From NCBI GenBank assembly GCA_965277285.1, contig OZ255721.1, forward strand, positions 960,001 to 1,024,000: a stretch of 64,000 bases of DNA. The letters run 5' to 3'. Made by a program: the position numbers and the translations under genes. Source of the DNA: Abditibacteriaceae bacterium. GTDB lineage: Bacteria; Armatimonadota; Abditibacteriia; Abditibacteriales; Abditibacteriaceae. Positions 12,579 to 20,857 of the stretch are shown in pieces (the first letter of the stretch is position 1; every line of letters starts with the position of its first letter). The notes beneath the pieces are model-generated. The model did not search any database. It had not been told where the DNA came from and worked only from the letters and a program-made list of their open reading frames with translations.

Positions 12579-13169
12579 ATGACCAAACCCGCAGATTATT
12601 TCGTGCGCAACGAACCGGGCAGTGACCGCATCACCGAGGACGAGGCGAAAACGTTGCCGCGATTGCCATTCCACGCGGTTCTCGATTGCATTCGCAGCGC
12701 GCACAATGTCGGCTCGATTTTTCGCACGGGCGATGGCGCCAACATTTCCGAACTACTGATTTGCGGTTATTCGCCGGTTCCGCCACATCGCCATCTGAGC
12801 AAAACGGCTTTGGGCGCGGTCGATGTCGTGCCGTGGCGCCATTTTGAAACCGCCGAAGAAGCGATTGACGATTTAAAAAGTCGCGGCGTGCAGGTTTTGG
12901 CTGTGGAATTGACGAAAGACAGTGTTTCGTTGTATGAATTTTCGTTGCAGTTTCCAGTTGCGCTGGTGATGGGCAACGAAGCCGATGGACTAAGCCAGGC
13001 GACAATTGAAAAGTGCGATGCGACGGTTCATTTGCCGATGCGCGGACATAAAAATTCGCTCAATGTCAGCGTCGCGTTTGGCGCCGTGATGTACGAAGTT
13101 CTGCGGCGCTACGAACAAGAAGTATCGAGCACTCAAAATCGAGTACTCGATATTGAACAAACGACATGA
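12579..13169 (+). CDS. SpoU/TrmH-family RNA methyltransferase
   Basis: HNVGSIFRT, MGNEADGL, SLNVSVA. Confidence 0.9.
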   Translation: MTKPADYFVRNEPGSDRITEDEAKTLPRLPFHAVLDCIRSAHNVGSIFRTGDGANISELLICGYSPVPPHRHLSKTALGAVDVVPWRHFETAEEAIDDLKSRGVQVLAVELTKDSVSLYEFSLQFPVALVMGNEADGLSQATIEKCDATVHLPMRGHKNSLNVSVAFGAVMYEVLRRYEQEVSSTQNRVLDIEQTT

Positions 13170-14011
13170 AAAAAGTTTCCCCATTGACAGCAAAGCAGAA
13201 AGCGAAGATTGAGCGACAGGCGAATAAACTGGCAGCAGAAGGCCAACTTAAAGACGCCGCGCAAATGATGCTTTCGGTTGCGCAAGCAGCGCCGCAGAAC
13301 GTCGCGTTGTGGTTGCAAATCGCGCGTTGGCAGCGTGCAGCGCGCGACTTTCCCGCGGCAACGCAAACACTGCAGAGCGCGCTGAATTTTCAGAACGAAA
13401 ATGTTCTTCCCACTTTATCGAGTACTCGAAAGGTCGAAATCAACGCGCAAAACGCCACAACATCAGACATCACGCTGTTGTGGGTCGAATTGTGTGAAAC
13501 GCAGACCGAAGCGCAAAACTGGAGCGAGTGCATTGCGTCGTGCCGCGCGCTGTTAAAAATCGCGCCGCGTCATCATCTGGGACGCGAGATTTTGGCAACG
13601 GCGCTACTTCACAGCGAACAACTGATGGAAACGGAAAACGTTTTGCGCGAACTGCTGGTTTTGTCGCCGCGCGATCCTTTGCATCGCTTGAAGTTGGCGA
13701 CGCTGTTACAAATGCAAGGAAAAAGTGGTGAGGCGCTGCGCGAATTCGAGCGCGTCGTCGAAGGTTATCCCGAAGCGCCGTTCGCCGAAGAAGCGCGCGA
13801 AGCGATTGATCTGCTCGATCACTTGCAAATGCAACAATTGATGATGCGCGCCGGAGAACAACCGACGTTTCGCCAGCAAATGCAAAACGCGCTCGACCAA
13901 ACGTTGAACGAAAATGGCTTTCAGTTAACTGACGAAGGCCGCGAATCGCTACGCCACATGATGAGCGATGGACGCCTCGCGCCCGAACCGGAACGCGTGC
14001 GTCTTCATTAA
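13166..14011 (+). CDS. TPR-like repeat protein
   Basis: Repeated helical TPR-type motifs; ATGA overlap with upstream gene. Confidence 0.75.
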   Translation: MKKVSPLTAKQKAKIERQANKLAAEGQLKDAAQMMLSVAQAAPQNVALWLQIARWQRAARDFPAATQTLQSALNFQNENVLPTLSSTRKVEINAQNATTSDITLLWVELCETQTEAQNWSECIASCRALLKIAPRHHLGREILATALLHSEQLMETENVLRELLVLSPRDPLHRLKLATLLQMQGKSGEALREFERVVEGYPEAPFAEEAREAIDLLDHLQMQQLMMRAGEQPTFRQQMQNALDQTLNENGFQLTDEGRESLRHMMSDGRLAPEPERVRLH

Positions 14012-14057
14012 CTTTGTGCGCTCAGGGTTCGTTGAAAAGAACTCATAAAAATTACAA

Positions 14058-14954
14058 ATGCCCGATTCTCCACCCAGAACTCGCGCTTGGCATTGCGGTC
14101 GTTTCAACTTGCCGCTGGGCCAGAAGACTTACATAATGGCGATCCTCAATGTCACGCCCGATTCGTTTTCCGGCGATGGTTTGAGCCATCGAGTACTCGA
14201 TGAGAATGTGAAAGTGGCGCTGCAAACGATTGAAAACGGCGCTGATATTATGGACATCGGCGGCGAAAGTACGCGGCCTGGCGCAAGCGAAATTTCCGCT
14301 GAAGAAGAAACACGGCGCGTTGTGCCTTTAGTTGAAAAACTGGCGACGCGCGTGGCAGTTCCGATTTCCGTTGACACGACGAAAAGCGAAGTCGCGCGGC
14401 GCGCTCTGGAAGCTGGAGCGAGCATCATCAACGATATTTCCGGCGCGACTGCCGACGCGCAAATGTTGCCGCTGCTGGCACAGAGCGATTGCGGTCTGGT
14501 TTTGATGCACCGGCGCGGCAACTCGCAAACCATGAAAGCCAGCGAAGCGGCAGTCAGCAGTCAGCGGTCAGCAGAAAAAGACATCATTGCAGAAGTTCTC
14601 GAGTTTTGGCGCGAACGTGTCAAATTGCTGGAAAAAATTGGCATTGTGCGGGAACGAATCGCGCTGGATGCGGGTTTTGGATTTGGCAAGTCGGTCGAAG
14701 AGAATCTGGCAATTGTGCGTCGCGGGCGTGAATTGTCGAACTTTGGCTTGCCGACGATTTCCGCGACGAGCCGTAAATCGACGATTGGTCGAGTACTCGA
14801 TTTGGGGAATAGCGCAACCGAAGAGCGCATTTGGGGCACGGCGGCGACAGTTGCGCTGGCGATTGCCAATGGCGCCGAGATCGTGCGCGTTCACGATGTG
14901 CGCGAAATGGCGCAGGTGGCGCGCTTGAGCGATGCGATTGTGCGTTCGGCTTAG
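14058..14954 (+). CDS. folP: Dihydropteroate synthase
   Basis: ILNVTPDSFS, DIGGESTRPG, SRKS, RVHDV. Confidence 0.96.
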   Translation: MPDSPPRTRAWHCGRFNLPLGQKTYIMAILNVTPDSFSGDGLSHRVLDENVKVALQTIENGADIMDIGGESTRPGASEISAEEETRRVVPLVEKLATRVAVPISVDTTKSEVARRALEAGASIINDISGATADAQMLPLLAQSDCGLVLMHRRGNSQTMKASEAAVSSQRSAEKDIIAEVLEFWRERVKLLEKIGIVRERIALDAGFGFGKSVEENLAIVRRGRELSNFGLPTISATSRKSTIGRVLDLGNSATEERIWGTAATVALAIANGAEIVRVHDVREMAQVARLSDAIVRSA

Positions 14955-15031
14955 GGGATTGAGCGTTGTGCCGCAGTGCTTCGGCGCGCTACAATGAAAG
15001 CGTGCGTTTCGGTTTAAAGAAGGAATTGGCA

Positions 15032-15955
15032 ATGCAAACACGACAATTTGGCGCGACAGATATGAAGGTCGGCGTGTTAGGTTTGGGCGCGGCAGAAATC
15101 GGTTTCGAGCGCGTGAGCGTGGACGATGCTCGAAATTTGCTGAGCACGGCACTCGACAACGGTTTAAACATCATCGACACGGCGGAATGTTATGACATCA
15201 GCGAAGAATTGCTGGGGCAAACGCTGTCGCATCGCCGCAACGATTTCTACCTGTTCACCAAATGCGGCCACAAAGGTTTCGCGCACGAACTGCCCGAAGA
15301 CTTGCGCGAAGACGCCGATTGGGAACCGAAAATGTTGCGCGCCAGCATCGAACGCAGCCTGAAACGCCTGCAAACCGATTGCGTTGACCTGATTCAATTG
15401 CATTCGTGCGACAAAGAAACTTTGCAGCGCGGCGAAGTGATTCAAGTACTCGAAGAAGCGCGACAAGCCGGAAAAACGCGCTACATCGGTTACAGTGGCG
15501 ACCGTGACGCCGCGCTTTATGCCGTCGAATGCGGGCGCTTCGATGCGCTGCAAACTTCGTGCAGCATCGCCGATCAGGAAGCGATTGAGCGCTTGATTCC
15601 CGCCGCGCACAGCAAAAACATGGGCGTCATTACTAAGCGCCCAATTGCCAACGCGGTCTGGAAATATGCAACGAAAGACGACGTGCCCGAATATCAGCGC
15701 GATTATTGGATTCGCCTACAAGAACTCGATTATCCGTTCCTGAACGATGCGGCGCAAAATGCGGTTTCGACAGCGTTGCGCTTCACCTTGAGCATTCCAG
15801 GCGTTCACACAGCGATTGCCGGAACGTCCAAAGCGAACCGTTGGAAGGAAAATGCCACTTTGTTGCAACAGGGAATGTTACCGACGGCGGAATACGAAGC
15901 AATTCGCACGCGCTGGCACCAAATCGCCAAACCCGATTGGACAGCGCAAACCTGA
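15032..15955 (+). CDS. Aldo/keto reductase
   Basis: IDTAECY, SLKRLQTDCVDLIQLH. Confidence 0.9.
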   Translation: MQTRQFGATDMKVGVLGLGAAEIGFERVSVDDARNLLSTALDNGLNIIDTAECYDISEELLGQTLSHRRNDFYLFTKCGHKGFAHELPEDLREDADWEPKMLRASIERSLKRLQTDCVDLIQLHSCDKETLQRGEVIQVLEEARQAGKTRYIGYSGDRDAALYAVECGRFDALQTSCSIADQEAIERLIPAAHSKNMGVITKRPIANAVWKYATKDDVPEYQRDYWIRLQELDYPFLNDAAQNAVSTALRFTLSIPGVHTAIAGTSKANRWKENATLLQQGMLPTAEYEAIRTRWHQIAKPDWTAQT

Positions 15956-15963
15956 CGAACCTT

Positions 15964-16323
15964 ATGGATAAAATTCTTTTGCAAGGTCTGGTCTTCTTCG
16001 GTCGTCACGGTTGCCATCAGGCCGAGCGCGAACTGGGACAAAAGTTTACCGTGGACATTGAAATGAGCAGCGATCTTTCGCTGGCGTGCGCAACTGACAA
16101 AATGGAAAATACGGTCGATTACGTCGCGGTCTATTACGCCACGCGCGACATAATTGAAGGCGAATCCGCGTTTTTGCTGGAATCTTTGGCGCAGCGCATC
16201 GCTGATTTCTGCCTGAAAGACAATCGAGTACTCGATTGTCGCGTGCGCATTCGCAAACCGCACGTCGCCATGCCCGGCGCATTAGATTATCTGGGAATTG
16301 AAATTTTTCGACAAAAGGATTGA
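15964..16323 (+). CDS. folB: Dihydroneopterin aldolase
   Basis: FGRHG...ERELGQKF.VD, TVDY; folate cluster context. Confidence 0.93.
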   Translation: MDKILLQGLVFFGRHGCHQAERELGQKFTVDIEMSSDLSLACATDKMENTVDYVAVYYATRDIIEGESAFLLESLAQRIADFCLKDNRVLDCRVRIRKPHVAMPGALDYLGIEIFRQKD

Positions 16324-16431
16324 ACCGCAAAAGGATTGAACCGCCAAGACGCCGAGAGAAATTTGATATTTCGACTAATCCTTCACCCTTTTTCTCTGCG
16401 TTCTTGGCGGTTCAACCAAAAGTTAATTGAA

Positions 16432-16869
16432 ATGACAACCGCTTATTTATCGTTGGGCAGCAATTTGGGAGATCGCGTGGCGAACTTGCGCGAAGCGTGT
16501 ATGCGCCTGGAACGCCATCCCTCGTGCAAAATCGCGGCGCGCTCAAAGGTTTATGAAACGCAAAGCGTCGAAGAAGGCGGCGAGTACAATTTTTTGAATG
16601 CGGCTCTGCGCATCGAATGGGAAGGTTCGGCGACGAGTTTGTGGCGTTGCCTGAGCAGCATCGAAGAGCGCATGGGACGCCCCAATCCGCCGCGCAGTGG
16701 GCCGCGCACCATCGACATGGACATTCTGCTGTTCGGCGATGAAATAATAAACCGTCCCGAATTGACGATTCCGCATCCGCGCATGAACTATCGCACTTTT
16801 GTCCTGCGCCCTTTGTGCGATGTTTTGGAAGGCGGCTGGGTTCACGATTACTCGAACGAATTAAATTAA
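16432..16869 (+). CDS. folK: HPPK (2-amino-4-hydroxy-6-hydroxymethyldihydropteridine diphosphokinase)
   Basis: AYLSLGSNLG, FLNAA, PRTIDMDIL, IPHPR. Confidence 0.95.
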   Translation: MTTAYLSLGSNLGDRVANLREACMRLERHPSCKIAARSKVYETQSVEEGGEYNFLNAALRIEWEGSATSLWRCLSSIEERMGRPNPPRSGPRTIDMDILLFGDEIINRPELTIPHPRMNYRTFVLRPLCDVLEGGWVHDYSNELN

Positions 16870-16893
16870 CTTCAAACTTACAAACCCAAACTT

Positions 16894-17286
16894 ATGCTCC
16901 GAACGATGTGTAAAGGCAAAATTCATCGCGCGACCGTGACGCAAGCCGATGTCAATTACGTTGGCTCGCTGACGATTGACGAAGATTTGCTCGAACAAAG
17001 CGATATTTTGCCGTATGAAGAAGTCCACGTTTTGAACGTGACCAACGGTCAGCGCATGGTCACTTACGCCATGACCGGCGAACGCGGCAGCGGCGTCATG
17101 TGCTTGAACGGCGCGGCGGCGCGGCACGGCAGGCCCGGCGACATCATCATCGTCATCACTTACGGCCACTACGAAGACGCTGAAGCGCGCGCCCTGCAAC
17201 CCAAAATCGTCATTGTGGACGAGAAGAATCGCCCCACCGAACTGTTGCCGACAGAAGATGTGTCAAAGAATGAGATGTGGGTTTGA
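16894..17286 (+). CDS. panD: Aspartate 1-decarboxylase
   Basis: [16 protein letters not shown] (G-S cleavage site), LNGAAAR. Confidence 0.96.
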   Translation: MLRTMCKGKIHRATVTQADVNYVGSLTIDEDLLEQSDILPYEEVHVLNVTNGQRMVTYAMTGERGSGVMCLNGAAARHGRPGDIIIVITYGHYEDAEARALQPKIVIVDEKNRPTELLPTEDVSKNEMWV

Positions 17287-17303
17287 ATAAAGAATATCAA
17301 TGC

Positions 17304-17738
17304 TCAAACTTCTTGACCGCTTTCCCTCGACAGCTTGAACACTTCATAAAAGCCAGGGGTATCGAAAGGAATGTAGAGGCAGCGAACCTTCGCGTCTTGC
17401 AAAATCTTCATCATACGCTGTGCGCCCATCGCGTTAAATGAATGCACAACGACCAGTTTGGGTTGCTGATCTTTGGGCATAGCTGCGATGTATTCGGCAA
17501 CGATTGTACCGGTGCCTTCGCGCCGCGCAACCATGTGCTGGCCACCTAAATCGTGATCGAGGAAAGCAATATCGAAAAAAGCGGCGTTCGCTTGCAGTTC
17601 GTCTTGCGCGTCCATAATCCCAAAGACAGGGTAAATTTCTGCGTCTCTTGAATCAATGCTCTGTCTTTTCAGCTCTTTGTAAAAGGAATTGTGTCGCTCT
17701 TGATCATCATCCAAAAACAAGACTTTTAAGGCTTCCAT
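17304..17738 (-). CDS. Cyclic-phosphate-processing receiver-like domain protein (cREC-type)
   Basis: LFLDDD.ER, FLDHDLGG, GTG, VVHSFN..GAQRM motifs; CAGGAG RBS; directly downstream of Ro60. Confidence 0.75.
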   Translation of the reverse strand: MEALKVLFLDDDQERHNSFYKELKRQSIDSRDAEIYPVFGIMDAQDELQANAAFFDIAFLDHDLGGQHMVARREGTGTIVAEYIAAMPKDQQPKLVVVHSFNAMGAQRMMKILQDAKVRCLYIPFDTPGFYEVFKLSRESGQEV

Positions 17739-17897
17739 TAAGTTCTCCTGTATTTGATGAATCGAGTACTCGTTATCCAAGCTTATGCAGAAACCATTCT
17801 CTGTTATCGGTATGTTCAACATCGAATACGTTAAATAATCGTCTCAGAAAAGCTGCAACAAAGCCGTTGAATCACTTTTGATTCAACGGCTTTGCTG

Positions 17898-19535
17898 TTA
17901 CTCTGAAGTCACTTCTTCGCGTGCGAAGTCGCTCATCAGTTGTGGCGTGGTGGTGTCGAAACCGACCACATCGAGCATTCCACGGTCGTTCGGGTCAGCG
18001 ATGGTGAAGCCGTTCGAGGTCATTCCGACAACGATCAGCTTTGCATTGATGCCCGTTTTATCGCGGTACTGCTGCAACGCCTGGCTGGGATGAACCTTGC
18101 CCGCCCAGGTTTCGTTGTCCGTGTAAACCACGAAAACGTCGGTTTCGACCTTGTTCTGCATCGCCCAAACCATCGGCAAGGCGCAATCGGTGCCGCTGAA
18201 CGGCAAGCCGTTGACGACCTTCAGCACGTCATCCAAACGCTGGCGCGGACTGATCTTCAACGGCACAAATTGAGTACTGAAACCCATCATGTGATACGCG
18301 GGTTCGGTCGCAGCCGTGATCAACGACATGGCGGCGCTGGCGATGCGCGGCGTCAAACCTGGCACGCCCGCGATTTGCCCGAATGTCATCGAACCCGAAA
18401 CATCCAGCGCCAGAACGTGGCGCTTATTGGCCGGACGCACATTGCCAAACGACCGATAAAACGCTTTGTCCAGCGCGTCCACGATTTGCGGAACCGGCGT
18501 CCAGGTGTTTTGTCCACGCTCGCCGTGACCTTGCGCATACGTCTTCAAGGCCGACAAAACTGCAATCGGATGAATACGCGCACGACGCAAACGACTTTCG
18601 TCTGTCACCTGCTCGATCACGCGACGTGTGGTTTCGCTCAAGGGCGACAGCAAACCGATACGCGTCAGGGTCGCCAGGTTGCGAATCAAAGCCGTCATCG
18701 GCATTTCCTGCAGCAACGCTTCCCAGACTTCGGGCGCGTTCAAAAACTGCGTCGGAACCGCCTCGCGCGGCAGACGATAATCGCGGATCAGGCCCACAAC
18801 TTCCGCTTGAGTACTCGAACACTTGGCACGCTCCATCGCCCAGATTTGCTGCAACGCCGCGTCGGGATGCGGCTGCTCGCCGACGCCTTCCCAGCCTTGC
18901 GTGATCCAGTGATAAATCGTGCGATGTGCGTCAGTCGCGGGCTGCGGGTGCGCCAAACGCAGTAAATCGCGTTGGCTCCAACCATCGCGCGACTGATACT
19001 TCAGCGCCTGATACGCGACATCTTTGGCGTCCTTGCCGTTGTACCACGCGCCGACGCCGTTGCGCAAACCGCGTCCCCAACCGCGCATTCCATCAACGAA
19101 AGCCGCGAAGTGCATCAGATGCGTTCCCGTCCGCGCGACTTGTGGCAACGCTTCCAAAGCGGCCTTTCGAGTACTCGAATCGCCCTTTGAGGCCGCCAAA
19201 GCCAGGGCGAACAAAGCGGGATCGTTCTTCGGCGCGCGTCCGCTGGCGCTGATTTCGACGATGGTTTGCACCGCGCGCAAACCGTCGCTTTCGATGCAGC
19301 GAATCGTGGCGCTGGCGTTTTCGGCTGTTAGAGCCCGCTCAGTCGCGTAGTAGCTGCCGCCTTCGCTGCCCAAAATCAGGAAACGCTGCAAGCGCGTCCA
19401 GTCATCGACTGCCCACGCGTACCCACCAGCGCTGTTAGGCACCTGCGTCGAACCTGCGATTGGTTCGCTCTGCAGCGTCGCGCCTTGCGTCACGGCAGCG
19501 GAAATTTGCGCCGCGACATTCTTCAAGTAACTCAT
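17898..19535 (-). CDS. rsr: Ro60 / TROVE-vWA RNA-binding protein (Rsr ortholog)
   Basis: NSAGGY, RFLILGSEGGSYY, KYQSRDGWS..DLLRLAHP, MPMTALIRNL, vWA MIDAS DVSGSM, TDCALPM, YTDNETW; AGAGGTG RBS before ATG at 19535. Confidence 0.96.
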   Translation of the reverse strand: MSYLKNVAAQISAAVTQGATLQSEPIAGSTQVPNSAGGYAWAVDDWTRLQRFLILGSEGGSYYATERALTAENASATIRCIESDGLRAVQTIVEISASGRAPKNDPALFALALAASKGDSSTRKAALEALPQVARTGTHLMHFAAFVDGMRGWGRGLRNGVGAWYNGKDAKDVAYQALKYQSRDGWSQRDLLRLAHPQPATDAHRTIYHWITQGWEGVGEQPHPDAALQQIWAMERAKCSSTQAEVVGLIRDYRLPREAVPTQFLNAPEVWEALLQEMPMTALIRNLATLTRIGLLSPLSETTRRVIEQVTDESRLRRARIHPIAVLSALKTYAQGHGERGQNTWTPVPQIVDALDKAFYRSFGNVRPANKRHVLALDVSGSMTFGQIAGVPGLTPRIASAAMSLITAATEPAYHMMGFSTQFVPLKISPRQRLDDVLKVVNGLPFSGTDCALPMVWAMQNKVETDVFVVYTDNETWAGKVHPSQALQQYRDKTGINAKLIVVGMTSNGFTIADPNDRGMLDVVGFDTTTPQLMSDFAREEVTSE

Positions 19536-19573
19536 CTTTTCACCTCTTTCGGCTCTCTCAAGAGCAAAGTTTT

Positions 19574-19638
19574 TGCAAACAGGCAAGCTGTTATGTTGGG
19601 GCATGGTCAAGATAACCCAACACTGCGGCCCGTTTGCA
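19574..19638 (-). ncRNA. Y-RNA-like module H (minimal hairpin, 5' of Ro60 start)
   Basis: UGCAAACGGGCCG-CAGUGUUGGGUUAUC...CCCAACA...CUUGCCUGUUUGCA terminal stem. Confidence 0.65.
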
Positions 19639-19643
19639 TTGGC

Positions 19644-19745
19644 TGGGCTGCGATTTGTTTCGATAATCCTCAATCCTGCGGCTCGATTCGAGTACTCGAA
19701 TCGAACAAAGAACGGCGAGGAAGGAGCCGTTTCCGGCTCAGCCCA
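19644..19745 (-). ncRNA. Y-RNA-like module G (permuted Ro-type stem closed by the 12-bp palindrome)
   Basis: UGGGCUG/CAGCCCA closing stem, GAAA tetraloop hairpin, CUUUGUUCGA...UCGAGCCG...GAGGAUUAUC. Confidence 0.6.
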
Positions 19746-19748
19746 TGT

Positions 19749-19882
19749 GAACGATGGCGGGACTCGAACCCGCGACACTTGGATTAAGATAACCCTTCAA
19801 CGCCGGCCTAAAGTGGGCAAAATTTGCGAAGGGAGAAGAGCTTGCGCTCTGCCATTGCTCTACCATCTGAGCTACATCGTTC
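19749..19882 (-). ncRNA. tRNA-scaffold Y-RNA-like module F
   Basis: GAACGAUG/CAUCGUUC acceptor, D arm GCUCAGAUGGUAGAGC, T arm GCGGGUUCGAGUCCCGC; anticodon arm replaced by UUUGCCC...AGGCCG...GGGUUAUC. Confidence 0.75.
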
Positions 19883-19922
19883 GTTGCGAATCATACAGCG
19901 AGCGCATCGCACGGCGCTTTCG

Positions 19923-20070
19923 TAACGGTGGCGGGACTCGAACCCGCAGCCTCTCAATTAGCAGTTGATAACCCTTATCCAACGGCCCGACGATGCGAGA
20001 TCGAAGCAGGCAAAGAGCGGCAAGGGAGTTGGCCGAAGCCAGCGCTCTATCCATTTGAGCTACACCGCTA
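19923..20070 (-). ncRNA. tRNA-scaffold Y-RNA-like module E
   Basis: UAGCGGUG/CACCGUUA acceptor, D arm GCUCAAAUGGAUAGAGC, same T arm as F, insert CUUUGCCUG...CGGGCCG...GGGUUAUC. Confidence 0.75.
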
Positions 20071-20127
20071 TAACCAACAAAAACTAACGAAAACAACATT
20101 TGCGACACCGACAAAACAACAATTTAA

Positions 20128-20250
20128 AGCGGGCAAAGATCGCGTCGGGTGCTCCTGCGCAATGCAGGGATCGAACCTGCAACGACTAACTTGCGGTCAG
20201 CCATTCCACCATAGGAGCATGGGGCGATAACCCGAACACTGCGGCCCGCT
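20128..20250 (-). ncRNA. Y-RNA-like module D (terminal Ro-type stem with internal tRNA-like domain)
   Basis: AGCGGGCCG...GGGUUAUC / CUUUGCCCGCU ends; internal GCUCCU/AGGAGC stem enclosing a D-like loop, a short arm and T arm GCAGGUUCGAUCCCUGC. Confidence 0.75.
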
Positions 20251-20251
20251 C

Positions 20252-20370
20252 GATGTTTTTGCGTCACGTAACACGAAGCCATCGTGACAGGATGATAACC
20301 CTCGACCAACGGCTCGCTTTTCAGAGCGAACAAAAGCGGAAAGGGAACAGCTCGCATGGCGCAAACGCAT
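20252..20370 (-). ncRNA. Y-RNA-like module C (permuted Ro-type stem, no tRNA domain)
   Basis: CCCUU...UUUUGUUCGCU-loop-AGCGAGCCG...GAGGGUUAUC; ends UUUGCG/CGCAAA. Confidence 0.6.
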
Positions 20371-20379
20371 AAACATTGT

Positions 20380-20535
20380 GAACGGTGGCGGGACTCGAAC
20401 CCGCAAGGCATTGCTGCCAGTTGATCCAGATAACCCTTTATCTGCGGCCCTTTGATTTGAAAATCACGGGCAAAAAGCGACAAGGAAAATGGCCGAAGCC
20501 AGGCGACCGTGTTTGCCAATTCCACCACCCCGTTC
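20380..20535 (-). ncRNA. tRNA-Leu-like scaffold Y-RNA-like module B
   Basis: Leu-type D arm GUGGAAUUGGCAAACAC, variable arm GGCAGCAAUGCC, T arm; anticodon arm replaced by UUUGCCC...GGGCCG...GGGUUAUC. Confidence 0.75.
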
Positions 20536-20634
20536 GTAACATCTTCATGCTTTCTACTAACCACGCATGGAAGTAAAGTTACAACAAAGCCCACTTACTT
20601 CCGTGCGCGGTTAGTAAAAGTCTCGAAAAATCCA

Positions 20635-20718
20635 AAGCGGGCAAATGTATGACGTGGGAACTCTCACCAGCAGCGAGAATCAAACCCAAATTGATAACCC
20701 ACATCGTCCGGCCTGCTT
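20635..20718 (-). ncRNA. Y-RNA-like module A (compact, no tRNA domain)
   Basis: AAGCAGGCCG-GACGAUGUGGGUUAUC...CCCACGUC...UUUGCCCGCUU. Confidence 0.65.
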
Positions 20719-20744
20719 GAAACACTTTCGAGTACTCGATTTCG

Positions 20745-20828
20745 TGGGAGCCAAGGGAATCGAACCCTTTCAGCCCGAAGGCAACGGTGTTACAGACCGC
20801 TCCGGCTCTCCAACTCCGGCGCACTCCC
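20745..20828 (-). tRNA. tRNA-Tyr(GUA)
   Basis: Cloverleaf, anticodon loop CUGUAAC, long variable arm; weak acceptor top. Confidence 0.85.
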
Positions 20829-20857
20829 AATCGTCCAATTCCTCCTTGTCAAACCGA

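Noticed and set aside
19749..20535. Modules B, E, F as intron-containing tRNAs or tRNA pseudogenes
   Set aside because: Inserts are too short for group I introns, show no bulge-helix-bulge or recoverable 7-nt anticodon loop, and share the motif found in the non-tRNA modules
19574..20718. CRISPR array interpretation of the repeated GATAACCC...CGGCC motif
   Set aside because: Repeats are short, degenerate and irregularly spaced, with structure-level conservation; no cas genes in the window
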